Origin: Felis catus
Taxonomy: Eukaryota
Assembly (NCBI RefSeq): GCF_018350175.1
Contig: NC_058368.1
Location: 201,812,001-201,876,000 of the forward strand
Length of the DNA stretch: 64,000 bases
Reading direction: 5' to 3'
The translations under genes and the position numbers were made by a program. Below the pieces are notes generated by a model, which was given only the letters and a program-made list of their open reading frames with translations, did not search any database and was not told the DNA's origin. This document shows positions 12,840 to 25,945 of this stretch, in pieces. Position 1 is the stretch's first letter. Every line of letters begins with the position of its first letter.

Positions 12840-15212
12840 AAGGCATACCTTGGAGACACTGCATGTTCAGGCCCAGACTACTGCACGAAAGCAAGAACTG
12901 CAATAAAGCCAGTCAAATCACTAATTTTTGTTTCCCAGTGCATAAAGTTGTATTTACACTACACGGTAGCCTAGTAAGGGTGCAAAAGCATCATGTCTGA
13001 AAGAACAATGTACACACCTTAATTAAAAAAATACTTTGTTGTCAAAAAGCACTAGCCATCATCTGAGCTTTCAGCCAGTGGTAATCTTTTGCTGATGGAG
13101 GGTCTTGCCTCGATGTTGATGGCTGCTGACAGATCAGGGTGGGGGGTGTCGAAGGCCGGGGTGGCTGTGGCAATTTCTTAAAGTAAGACAACCAAGAGTT
13201 TGCCATGATGATTGAGTCTTCCTTTCACTAATGAGTTCTCTGTAGATGAGATGCCGTTTGATAGCATTTTACCAACAGGAGAACTTCTTTCAAAATTGGA
13301 ATCAGTCCTCTCAAACGGTGCCACGGATTTATCAACTCAGTTTGTGTAATACGCTAAATCCTCTGCTGTCATTTCAACAGTCTTTGCGGCATTTTCACCA
13401 GGAACAGATTCCATCTCAGGAAACCACTTTGTTTGCTCATTCAGGAGAACCAGCAACTCATCCATTCAAGTTCTGTCATGGGGTTGCAGCAACTCAGTCA
13501 CATGTTCAGGCCCCACTTCTCCTTCTAGTTCTCTTACCATTTCCACCACACCTGCAGTGACTGCCTCCACTGAAGTCCCGAACCCCTCACCGTCATCCAC
13601 GAGGGCTGGAACTTCCACAATCCTATGAATGCAGATATTCTGACCTCTTCCCTTGAATCAGGAATGTTTTTAAAAGCCATCTACAATGATGAATCCTTCC
13701 CAGAAGGTTTTCAATCTCCTTTGCCCGGGTTCATCAGAGAAATCACTATTTATGGCAGCTAAAGCTTTACGAAATGTGTTTCTTAAATAATAAGACTTGA
13801 AAGTTGAAATTACTCCTGCAGAATGGATGCTGTGTTAGCAGGCATGAAAATGACATCAATCTGATTGTACGCCTCCATCAGAGCTCTTGGGTGACCAGGT
13901 GCCCTGTCAGTGAGCAGTCCTATTTTGCAAGAAGTCTTTTTTCCTGAGGTCTCAACAGTGGGCTTAAATTATTCAGTAAACCGTGTTATAAACAGATGCG
14001 CAGTCATCTGGGCTTTGTTGTTCCATGTATACAGCACAGGCAGAGTAAATTTAGCATAATTCCTTAGGACCCTAGGATTTTCAGAATGGTAAAAGACCAC
14101 TGGCTTCAACTTAGAGTTGCCAGCTGCATTAATCCCCTACCAAGAGGGTCAGCTGGTCCTTTGAAGCTTTGAATCCAGGCATTGACTTCTCCCGTTCAGC
14201 TATGAAAGTCCTAAATGGCATCTTCTTCCAGTATGAGGCTGTTTCATCTACACTGAAAATCTGTCATACAGTGTGGCCACCTTCATTATCTTAGCTAGAT
14301 GTTCTGGGTGACCTACTGTAGCTTCCACATCAGCACTTGGTGCTTCATTCACCCTTCACTTTTATGTTAGGAAGACAGCTTCTTTCCTTAAGTCTCATGA
14401 ACCAGCCTGTGCTAACTTCAAACTTTTCTTCTGCAGCTCCCTCACCCTCCCCAGCCTTCACAGAACTGACGAGAGTCAGGTCCTTGCTGCGTATAGGCTT
14501 TGGCTCAAGGGAATGCTGTGGCTGGTTTGATCCTCTATCCAGACCACTCAAACTTTCTCTACATCAGCAATAAAGCTGTTTTGCTTTCTTATCATTTGTG
14601 TGTTCGCTGGAGTAGCACTTTTAATTTCCTTTAGGAACCTTTCCTTTGCATTTACAACCTGGCTAATCGTTGCAAGAAGCAGGCCTAGCTTTTGACCTAC
14701 CTCGGCTTTCAATGTGCCTTTCTCACCAAGCTTAATAATAATTTTCAGCTTTTGATTTAAAGTGAGAGACATGTGACTCTTCCTTTCACTTAATCATTTA
14801 GAGGCCATTGCAGGGTTATTAACTGGCCTAATTTCAATATTGCTGAGTCTCAGAGAATAGGGAGACCCGAGGAGAGGAAGAGAGATGGGGAAGAGTCAGT
14901 CCGTGGAGCACTCAGAACACACACATTTATCATAAAGTTCGTCCTCTTATATGGGCACAGTTCAGGGCTCCCCAAAATAATTACAATAACAGCATCAAAG
15001 ATCACCAATCACAGATCACCATAACAAATATAATAATGCTGGAAAAGTCTGAAACGCTGCAACAATTACCAAAATGTGACAGAGAGACACAAAGTGAGCA
15101 AATGCTGTTGGAAAACTGGTGCCGATCGACTTGGTCAACACCGACTTGCCACAAACCTTCAATTTGCAAAAAATGAAATATCTGCAAAGCACCATAAAAC
15201 AAAGTATGCTTG
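12840..15212 (-). mobile_element. Tigger1 DNA transposon, near full length, transposase disrupted
   Basis: TIR-like ends aggcatacct.. and ..aagtatgcttg+TA. Minus-strand remnants translate to pogo/CENP-B-type transposase pieces: [50 protein letters not shown] (14241-14260), [10 protein letters not shown] (13889-13917). Many stops and frameshifts. Confidence 0.96.
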
Positions 15213-15947
15213 TAATTTTAATTTTTTTAAGGTATGCCTGTAATTTTCAAGATTTCAGTAATCCCTAAAACTTTCATGAAATCTGTTCAGTCCAGCTGTC
15301 CTTCCTCCTCAAATATTACACTGAAACATTCATTATGAAAACTGTTAACATATTTTAATTGGGCACAATGAAAAAGGAAACAGCTTGGACGTGAAAAATA
15401 AAAGCTGATTCATCTACTTAGTCACATTCCTTAATACTATTACAAAGCTACAAAAGTTTTAGAGCATGATACAGATAAACAGAAAACATGAAATAACATA
15501 AAAAAGGAAAGCGTATGTTACAAGAACTGTTTGGAAAAGAAAGGCAGAAAAATCAGAATCCAGCTTTAGCACTTTTATTTAATCGCTACATGTTGCATAC
15601 AAAGCGTGGTTTCTTATCAACCAGTAAGAACTTTTCTTTTCATTAAGGACAAGACGTTTCTATGAATTCACTCACCCCTTCTGGCTAAGACCCTATTGTG
15701 TTCAAAGAACATCTACAAAGTTACCAAAGAAGGAGAAAGATTCAGCCACGAGATAGTATCCATCTCATCCCCCTATTAGTACAGGCTATTTCCACTATAC
15801 TCCTCCCTGTCTGAACTAATTAACCACAGACAAAGGAAGGCACAGAACAATACAACTAGTTAAGAAATCACAGGTACTTGACTTCAGGATTTCAGGGAAA
15901 ATGGGAGGATTCAGTGAACTGAATGGTCTCTCAAGAATGTCAGTTCT

Positions 15948-16038
15948 GGGGGTGCCTAGCTGGCTCAGTCGGTAGAACATATGACTCTTGATCTCGGGGT
16001 CAAACCTCACATTGGGCATAGAGATTCCTTGGGGGAGC
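15948..16038 (+). mobile_element. Short old Can-SINE (SINEC_old-like)
   Basis: ggggtgcctagctggctcagtcggtagaacat..gggcatagagatt; degenerate TSD. Confidence 0.85.
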
Positions 16039-16202
16039 AAAACGTCATTTCTCAGACACACTCTGAGATAAATTACTGAATGCAAGGACTGTAACACAAG
16101 CCACAATTAGCTTAATGCTTCTTAAACAGCTGGCCAATTTTCATATTTCAAGAAATCATCTATCAGGGTATGACTGCTTCACAAAAGCCAAGACTACCTC
16201 TA

Positions 16203-16204
<2 letters not shown>

Positions 16205-16243
<39 letters not shown>
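16205..16243. repeat. (AC)n microsatellite
   Basis: Perfect AC run. Confidence 0.98.
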
Positions 16244-16246
<3 letters not shown>

Positions 16247-16812
16247 TTAGCCTCCTGCCCCCACTGGTGTGTAAATGGCATGTTTTCTGAAACACGGGAG
16301 GCACCCACTGCTGCTAACAAAAGAGACAGACTTCTCTTAAGAGCAGGAAAACTGCTACTGAAAAGTTTTGGACACAGGGATATTAAAGGACCGGAAGAGT
16401 TTTTTTCCAAATCAAAAATATTTCATATATAACCCCTGCAGACGGTAAAACACCAATTATGTTTACCTCAGGTGAATCGCTTTATTAGATCATTACACCG
16501 CTCTTCTCCCCACAAGACGCTGAGGACACAGAAGAGATGTTAGAGCAAGGAAACAGGACGGCCATGTACCGCCGTGCAAACTGTGTGCAGCAAAAGGGCC
16601 CCAGGCTAAGGGCTCCCAAGAGAGCCATGATCTAGCCCGGACTCTGCCCAGTAAGAGTTGCACCCTAGCACAGCTCGGCTAGGAGGAAGGGAAGCCATTT
16701 TCTCAATACCAAAGATCCATGTCAAAGAGCAAGAGTGAGGGGAAGGGAAAAAGGAAAGATGATCTCAAAAGCATGGTCTATTTCATGGAAATACAGACCT
16801 TGGTGTGTCAGG

Positions 16813-17240
16813 GTGTGCCAGATACTGCTTTTTGGCCCCAATATTTATTCAGACCCTTTTCTATAGAAATCTGATGCTTAGCTTTGGAACATGCCTGCCC
16901 CAAATCAAGACCCTGTGCTCCAGTTTCTCCCAGAACCAGGAATTATGATATGATCACGTTCTGGTCAATATGGTACACACAAAAGTATCTGGTAACGGGT
17001 TCTGGGACCCTCCTGTAAGAGGCAGCTGGTATATGTACCTTTGCTGCTGTCTTTCTCCATTTTTCCCTGTTGTCAGGAACAGGGGTACTACCTTGCGCCA
17101 TAAGGAAGGGACGAGCCGGAAGGGCCCGAGTCCCAGAGCAGACCAGCCCTGAAAGACCTACGTGAGAAGGAAAAACAAAAACTTCTCATGTAAGCCAATG
17201 GTATTATGGGCTTTTTGTTAATTGCAGCCAAATTGCCATG
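16813..17240 (+). mobile_element. MLT1 LTR (MLT1J-like)
   Basis: 3' end taagccaatggtattatgggctttttgttaattgcagccaaa and internal ttctggtcaat resemble MLT1J-type LTRs. Confidence 0.6.
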
Positions 17241-17576
17241 TGAAGACTTTGGAGCCTGAGGAACTGAAAACAAGAGGGGTAAGTGGGGCCCAAAACACGT
17301 AACTTCCCTTGACACATGGCCTAGATCCCTACTGAATGCAAAACAACTGCCTGAGTTAGCTTAATGTCTCTCATAATGTAAGCAATGCAAAGTACACTTT
17401 TGGAGCAATAAAAGGAAGATTTCCTAAACATGTTCCTTTTGAGAGGTACTCCATTAATGATAATACATTTCTGTTGATGGGATTCATAAAAAGGATAGAA
17501 ATATGTCAAATATTTTCAAGTAACGTGCCTGATGATTTTATAGTTTGTAACACTTATACCTGAGAAGACACTACAG

Positions 17577-17748
17577 GGGGCGCCTGGGTGGCTCCGTTGG
17601 TTAAGTGTCTGACTTCGGCTCCAGTCATGATGTCCTGTTTCATGGGACTGAGCCCCAGGTAGGGCTCTACACTGACAGCACAGAGCCTGCTTGGGACTCT
17701 CTCTCCCTCTCTCTTTCTGCCCCTCCCCTACTCACATGTGCACACGCA

Positions 17749-17784
<36 letters not shown>

Positions 17785-17812
17785 ATAAAGAAATAAACTT
17801 AAACAAAAAATT
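17577..17812 (+). mobile_element. Can-SINE
   Basis: Canonical; TSD aagacactacag. Confidence 0.96.
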
Positions 17813-18212
17813 AAGACACTACAGGTTAAATCTCTTAAAAGTTCAGGTGCTGGCATATGAAACTGATCTATAGCAGACTCTGACTTGTGATGAAAATCAT
17901 TTCTGAGGATGTACTTGCATGTTTGGTTTCCAAGGGGTTTTATTTCTCTGGAGAAGCTGTGAAAGTATTTATTTTCATAATTTCCCTCTTTATCTTTAAA
18001 CTACTTAACTTCTGAGAGGGAAAAGGATACACATTTTAATATGATTTTTCTTAAAGTCTACAACAAACAACCAAAATACTAACAATATTCTCTGTCCAAA
18101 GTCCTGTTGTCATACTTTAAAGATTAAAAAAATATATAAGCTTTCTCCATGGTTTTCAAAGCATTTTCTATTTATTCAATAATATGTCTCTTTTTTTATC
18201 AAGAAGACACAA

Positions 18213-18458
18213 GGGCACCTGGGTGGCTCAGTTGGTTAAGTGTCTGACTTCGGCTCAGGTCATGATCTTGCGGTTCGTGGGTTTGGACCCCACATCTGGC
18301 TCTGTGCTGACAGCTCAGAGCCTGGAGCCTGCTTCATATTCTGTGTCTCCCTCTCTCTCTGCCCCTCTCCCACTCATGCTCTGTTTCTCTTTTTCTCAAA
18401 AATGAATAAACATCAAAAAAAATTTTTTTAAAGAGCTGTTATCCTTAAAAAAAAAAAA
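18213..18458 (+). mobile_element. Can-SINE (SINEC_Fc)
   Basis: Canonical head, body and tail. Confidence 0.95.
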
Positions 18459-18669
18459 GACATTACACAAGATTACTTCTTTGGGAGAAAAAAGTAATTA
18501 AGGTAAATTTATCTGTGTATCACTATCAAAATTTAGAAAATCCATTAAGTTTTACCAACGTTCTTACGATGGTCAAACTCCCAGATGTTAAAATCAATTT
18601 CCACTGGTCACAACTATATAATTTCTCAAAAATTATACTCTCAATTTGACAACTTCATGTGTGAAATCG

Positions 18670-19705
18670 CCCTGTCTGTCGTCAAATTCTCCTTACCTCT
18701 TGAATCATTTCCATCAGCATCCAAACACACTCTAGTATAATCTACTGTAATTTTTCTGAGCTACTATCAATGTCTTGTTAATATAAATAAATGACCTCCA
18801 TAACCCCAAATCCAATGGTCACTTATATCACTGCTGTATTCTCATAAGCACTGGACAGTCCATGATGTTCCCTTCCGGGCAACACTTTCTTCCGTGGCTT
18901 CCATGACACCATACTCTATCTTGGTTTCTATGTCTACACTCCTTCCTTTAGTATCAATTGCTGAATCCATCATCTTGCTTGACCTCTAAATTATAGAATG
19001 TGCCAGGGCTCAGTCCTGCATTCTCTTTTCTATCTGCATAAATGTTACATCATCTGTTCCTGGGCTTTAAATATCACCTGTATTTCAATAAACTCCAAAT
19101 CCATCCTTCTTACCCTGACTTCACACTTAAAACTCCACAGTAAAAATCTAACTTCCTATCTGACCTAGCTGTTGATTCCCTACCCTACTTCCCAAACCTG
19201 CTCCTTTCCAGATTTCTCTATCTTTACCATCTAAATACTTGCTCAAGCCAAAAACCAGGCAATCATGATTACTCTTTCCTTCCCTCACCCGCCCCCACAT
19301 CTGACACCACTTTTGGAAGCTATCCATTGCTCTGCACTTCCTCTTCTCTAACCCCAAGGCAAGCTACCATCATCTTTCCCTTGAACGTTGGTAATGCCTC
19401 CATCCCATCTTCCAACTAACTCTCTTTGCTTCTCCCAAGTTACCCGTGGTGTGCAGAGAAGCCAAAGTGCTCTGTTTATAAATTATGTAAGTCATTTACA
19501 TATTTACAAATTATGTAACTTTCTTGCTTAAAACTCTCCAATGGCCTCCCTTGTAGTCAGAATAAAATTCGAATTTCTTGAGAAATGCCTGACATGACCT
19601 TACCCCTGCCTACTTTGCATTGTTCACTGCTGTGCACACAGCACTAAGGACAGTGGCTGATACGTAGAGTGTATGCAATTGCTACTTGTCAAATGAATTA
19701 ATAAA
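18670..19705 (+). mobile_element. L2 LINE 3' portion
   Basis: aaatccaatggtcactt, ggcttccatgacacc, cttaaaactctccaatggc, and terminal gttcactgctgtg..aaatgaattaataaa typical of L2. Confidence 0.8.
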
Positions 19706-21567
19706 GGTAATGAAAACACGCCATAAACTTGCAATATATTTATTAAAACACAGCTTACATTCCTTAGTAGCAAGGAACTGAACATTTTATCCAATTCCTT
19801 TAATCTGAGAATCTACTGTTGCAGAGCCTCTTTGATGAGCAAGTAAAAAACCATGACATTCACTGTATTGACACAACTATTAAATCAGACCCACCCTAAG
19901 TCATATTAATTATTATCTCACTTAGAAAGTTCTGTGCAACATCATCAAGCTGTCTTCCTTTGTAACTTCACAGAAGTCTAAATAAAGTAAGGAATTACAG
20001 CTTCTTTTCTTCACAAAAGGCTCCAATTTGACAATTCTTGGTCTCCGTGTTTCGGAAGCCCAAGGGTCTCATATATAGCCATTTTGAAACATGTCAAAGA
20101 TTAGGACAGAATTACTCATTTGTATAAGGCACGATAAATTTGAGATTCTTGCTACAATGTTGTTTTCACGCATTCAGCTGTACTTTCACAAGCAGGAGTT
20201 AAAGAGGGATGGAATTACAGGAAGAAAGCTGGGAACCAAAAACTTACAACAAAGATGTAATCTAGTGTTCAGCTTTAAAGAACAGATGAAAAAAACTTGA
20301 ATCGGTCTCATACATTACATGAGAATGAGAAGGCAACCCTGGTCCTTTCTGTGCCGTGAAGGCCTAACGGTTACAATTTCCACTCACGTGCAGCACAGGA
20401 ATTTGCTAATATAAGTTAAGAGGTAGACATGCTGTGTATTTTAATTTAAATGCTAGCTTTTTAAAATATTCTCTTAGTTCATATTTACTGGGTCCCCTTG
20501 TTACATGTAACATGTAACACAGTGGTCTGAATAACTGTTTAAAAAGAAACATTTAAAAATTTTGGTGAATCACATTGTTTTTTCCTCGCGAAGTGACCGA
20601 TTTTGGTCATCTTTATTTGCAACGTTTCATTTTTAGAAGAGGTCTTGATGAATATGAGGACACTGATATCCACACAGCCAGAGAAGTGTGAACTGCAATT
20701 TCCTTTTCTCCCCCAGTGGAGAGAGGAGGAATTCGTGGAAGTTATGAGTAAATTCCTAGAAAACACATAAAAATATAAGAGAATTCATAAAAATTTGTCC
20801 AAAGTTATGAAATTTATCCATTATGACTACTTTGGCAGGGTGTGTAAGGAGCATTTTCTCTCCTACCCACTGCTCCACCATTAAGATTGTATGGAGTTAA
20901 TTGTATTTGAATAAAAAAAGGCTGCATGGAAAGATTACTAAAGAGAGCAAGAATTGTGGGTGTTTTCATGAAGACCGCGTGAGACATTTTCGGCTGTGCT
21001 AGTCTTGGCTGAATTCATGCTACTGTTTGCAGTCTTTTGAGGGAGCTGAAAGGAAAGGAGGCCCTGCCACGGGTCAAAAATTCACATGCTGCTCGGGTGG
21101 ACCGTGCTTGGCTGGCCAGTGATTTCGGTTTCCTGATGAACCCTTACCAAAATAAATGAGAGCGAAGGAAGGGGGAGGCGGGGGCATAAATTCACAAGGA
21201 CAGGAAGAAAAGAAGAGCCATCAGTGGAAAGAAACTTCCCAACACTTTTGAAAAAAGTTAAGTAAATTAGGAGAGTGGAAGAGGTAAGTACTGGGCTACC
21301 TGCAAGAATGGACCTCACGAGAAGAAAGGCCGTTTGCCATCTTAAGGCACCGGAGAGGTTCAGGACCTCAGGCACAGTGAGCTGGAGGGAGGCTTAAAAC
21401 CAGCCGGCCGCAGGCTATACACAAATGTAGGCCCAAGTCCCTGCCCGGTGACTACTTCCATGGGAAGGCCTATCAGCCTTCAAGCCCTCCTGCTCACACC
21501 CCAGAGCCTCCGGGAACCCGGCCAGAAACTTCATTTCCCAGAGCTCGTTTCTTCATCTGTAAAATCT

Positions 21568-22072
21568 GCATTTGTTTTCTACTGCTGCCATAACAAACTA
21601 CCACAAGCTCAGTGGCCTGAACTGATACAAATTTATTATTATCTTGTAGTCCCAGATGCCACAATTTCAAAATGAGTGTGACCAAGCCAAAATGGGGTTG
21701 TCGGCAGGGCCACATTCCCCCTAGGGGTTTGAGGCAAAAATCAGGTGTCTGCATTTCCAGCTTCTAGAGGCTGCCTATGTTCCTTGGCTCATGGTGCTTT
21801 CTTCCACCCTCACAGTAAACAGCCCAGCAGCTCCAAACCCCGGGCTCTCCCCTTCTGCTGCCTTTATTACATCGGCTACTCCGACTCTTCTGCTTCTTGT
21901 AAGGATCTTTGTAATCACCCTGGGCTCACTACAGTCATCTAGGATAATCTCCCCATCTCAAAATCTTGATCTAATCACATTCTCAAAAGACTTCGTATTG
22001 TGTAAGGGAACATATTCACTGGCCCAAGGATTAGGATGTGGACATGTGGTGGCCATTACTCCTTCGACCGTA
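21568..22072 (-). mobile_element. MLT1C/D-like solo LTR
   Basis: gctgccataacaaactaccacaagctcagtggc..ttccagcttctagaggctgcc..ggattaggatgtggacat; interrupts a MIR. Confidence 0.88.
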
Positions 22073-22114
22073 TTACCTTGTCAGATTACTGAAAACATTA
22101 CGTGAGATTATCCC

Positions 22115-22610
22115 AATAATAGCAATAATAGCTAAAGTTTATTGAGCACTCAAGAAATGCCAAGGACTTTTCTTAATCCCTTAGAGATTTAACAACCTCA
22201 CAACAGCCCTATGACATACATACTACCATCTTGAGAAACATATAGCACAATTCCTATACCTGACGTCACACAGCACGCATCCTACAGAAGGGGGACTCAA
22301 GGGGCGCCTGGGTGGCTCAGTCGGTTAAGTGTCTGACTTTGGTTCGGGTCATGATCTCACAGTTCATGGGTCGGGTCATGATCTCACAGTTCATGGGTTC
22401 AAGCCCCGCGTTGGGTTCTGTGCTGACAGCTCAGAGCCTGGAGCCTGCTTCAGATTCTGTGTGTGTGTCTCTCTCTCTCTGCCCCTCTCCTGCTTGCGCT
22501 TTCTCTCTCTCTCTCTCTCTCAAAAAATAAACATTAAAGACAAAAAAAAAAAAAAAAAAAAGAAGGGGGATTCAAAATCCCATCCACGTGCTCTTAACCA
22601 CTCTGATAAA
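22115..22610 (-). mobile_element. MIR fragment interrupted by a Can-SINE
   Basis: aataatagctaaagtttattgagcact..ctcacaacagccctatga..gtgctcttaaccact. Confidence 0.65.
22301..22560 (+). mobile_element. Can-SINE (SINEC_Fc) with 27-bp internal duplication
   Basis: Canonical; TSD agaaggggga(c/t)tcaa. Confidence 0.96.
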
Positions 22611-23759
22611 CACTCAGCAAATTTTAGCTGTTGTTATTACTATGATATGACTGCAATGAATTTATTACACAAATCTCTTGCTATGAACATAAAAACATGA
22701 TAAACATCAAGCCCAATATTAACATAAGAACTTTAGAAACGCTTTTTGTGCCTCCCACTTTCCAGTTCTAAATATTCCTTACACCAGTATAAACATTTTC
22801 CTTCTTCTCCAACTCTGTATTTGGTCCCCATCCTTTATGCTCCGATGGTTCCCTATTTGTCCATACTGTCACTTGTAACATCAGAATACACTGTAACGTC
22901 TGCCTCTTTATCTGGCCCTTGACCTGTGAGTGTCTTGAGGCCTGGGATTTCTCCATACTCAGGGTGGTCTGTAGAGCCTGGTTCTCGGTCGGGGCTTATT
23001 GAATGAATAAGTGAAGAAGTAACAAACGGCAGTTATTTAAAAACCTGGTAAGCTGTTTTGCCAAGAATCTTTAATTACTGCTACCATTTTGTATGCTTCT
23101 TAAAATATCTCCATAGATTAACATAAAATCAATATGAGGTTGAATAGATTCCAAAATGTTCCTGTTTATTTTGTTTCTGCAATCAACAATAATCAGAGAA
23201 TGAAAAACATGAACATTTTGTTGTTTTATATGTGCTTCACAAATCAGAATATATTCACTGTGGAGAAACAGAAAACCTTTTCCAAAAGTTCTTTGCTTTT
23301 AATGAAATGCCAAATATCTATTTCTAAATGTATAGCTCAGATAAGTCTACAAAATGGTAACCAACAGCCAAAGGTGAGCATGCATTGTTTGTTCTTACTG
23401 TTTTGGACATAATTTAGTTTTTGCCATTCAACTTTGTAGTCCACTTCAAACCATCTTGCACAAAGTGAAGATTAATACAACTTAGAATTGATAAAGAAGA
23501 AAATCATACTGTAATATATGTATTTGTCAGAGACGGAAGAAGTAATAAGATCCTTCGGGAAGTAGATAAATCAATTTTGCAGAAAAACCCTTTAGATTTT
23601 TACTTCTCCAAAGGCTTATCATAATTGCAATGATGCTAGATAAATAATAACCTGGTTATCATTCACTCCACTGGCTTTAAAGCCAAAAGAGGGTTAGCAG
23701 GTCTATTAATAATCACTACGGAAAACAGCAATAAAAGGTAAACCAGTAATAATGTTTCA

Positions 23760-24340
23760 CCAAAGATGCTTTTGGCTGCCAAGTGTCAAAAGTCCAAACT
23801 GAACTGACTTTAAAAATAAAACCATGATTATCTTACATTTAAAAAGTATAGAAATGTATGTTGGGAGTACAGGTGTTGGGGATGGGGGTTAAGAGTGAAG
23901 TACTCCACCACTGTTTAATTGTTTAATTCAGCAGCTCAACAATGTCATCAAGGACTCAAGTTTTTCCCATCTTTTCTCTCTTAGGATATACCAAGTTTCA
24001 CCTTTGGGTTAACTTCCTGTGTGGTGCACAAGGTGGCTGCTGCAGTCCCAACATTACATCCAGACATGAGAATGTCTAAAGGCTTCCTGTGTGTTTCCTT
24101 CTTAACAGCATAGGAGTCACTTCCAGCAAACTCCTTTTAGAGGCCAGATGTGCATCCTACAGCCAGCCGTGAATCAATCAGGATAGGGAGGAAGGGGAAG
24201 GTGGGCAAGAGGAACAAGGTACACGATTGGATTAAACTAATTTGTTTTCCACTCATTTTCACTAAGGGTGATTTTGTGAACCAAAACTGGTTTTCTCTTT
24301 GCATGGAGAAAGGTAGGAATCTATGTCTAATAGACAATAA
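23760..24340 (-). mobile_element. MLT1K/L-like LTR
   Basis: gatgcttttggctgc..attcagcagctcaacaatgtcatcaaggactca..caaggtggctgctgcagtccca. Confidence 0.65.
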
Positions 24341-25945
24341 TGTTCGAAACGTGAGAAACAAATTGTGTCAGAAAAGTTAGCTCTGTTATAGGCCAAATTA
24401 CCAAGCTCTAAGGAGGCAGGATAAGGGAGGAAAGATACATAAATACAGCCATGTTCACCAAAGAAGGAATCAATATACCATTTTATAGACGATCAATAAC
24501 AAGAAACCATTCACTTTCTAAAAAGTAGCTACACATACTTATATATTCTGATGCCAGGAAACATTTGAATACATATATTTGAGTGTACACAAACCACACA
24601 CGTATACGTGTATGTGAACATATGATATATAGATAGAAACAAGGTAAGAGATAGAGGTAGATACACCAAGGTTCATTCAAACCAGAACATCTCAGATATG
24701 ATAATTTTCCATCAAATACGTGGGCTACAAACATGTAAACAAAATTATGTTGTTTCAAAAGTCAACAGCAGAGTTACGCTACTAAATACGTTATACTTGA
24801 ATACTGACATTCTGAAAAAGATGAAATCCAAGAATCTGTGCGCCATTAAGGAGCACATGAAAACACACAAAAACAAGCTGTTCCTTATCTTTCTCTAAAA
24901 AGGTTCTTACCAGAACAAAGGAGTAGTTACAAAAATGAGAATTAGCAGGACTCAATGAGATCTGGATACCACTGGGTGTTGAATCCATTCTAATCTCTGA
25001 TTCTTCTAAGAGAAGAATCTTTTTAAAAGAATATAGATAAGAAGTATGAGAGTACTTCTCTATTACTATTGCTATTATAAAGTTCCAAGGCACCAGCAAC
25101 TGCTGCCTCATAAATAATCTCAAAATAGAGATAAAAATTAGTAGAAGACAGAATCTAAGCAAAGATCCATGAAATGTAAAAAAAAAAAAAAAAAAAATTT
25201 CAATTTATACCTCAGGTGCTCATTTGATCACCTGTAAATATCTGAGAAAGGAGTGTTTTAAGAATAATGCTGTAATGAAATAAAAACACAATAAATAATT
25301 AACCCCAGAAAATTACTAATGTGACTTTTCCCTCATTGCCATTCTTTTTCTACCAAAATCTGCACACAGCTCATCTCTATTGAAGGGTCATTAAGTTCAT
25401 TTTACAAACATCCCTGAATATATATTATCATTATCATGTATTCTCTCTGTCTCTCTCTCTGTCTCTCTCTCTCTCTCTCCCACTTCCCTCTCCTCCTGTA
25501 TACGCACTCGTACACAAACCCTTACAATCCATCCACTCATCTTTGACTCTTAGTCTGTCTTCATTTCTCTCTCTTGGTCTCTTGGCCTTTCTATATCTCC
25601 ATTTTTCCCTTTATTTTATATTTAGCAACAGTGGTAGGGCTTAATGACACTGTTCTTTCTGGATGAGTCCTGAGATGACAGTCCTCTCAACCATGTGGCT
25701 ACTGCATGCTGGAGTTACACGGACTATTGTTGCCTCTTCCCATCATGCTTGCTTATAGGATCACTATAGTCTACCCGGTGCCTCACTCTTGAATGTCAAC
25801 AGGCAAAGATCACTAGACATTTGACGAAAGCCTCCAAGAGGAATGTAGGAGACCAAAACAAACAAAAAAGGAAACCTGGAGAAAACAGAAACAGTAAAGG
25901 AAGTAGAAGAAACTAAGTTGATATAGAGAAATACAGATTTTAAGT

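Noticed and set aside
14345..14772. CENP-B/TIGD1-like protein fragments as a domesticated gene
   Set aside because: They are fragmented by stops and frameshifts and lie inside a TIR-bounded Tigger1 copy.
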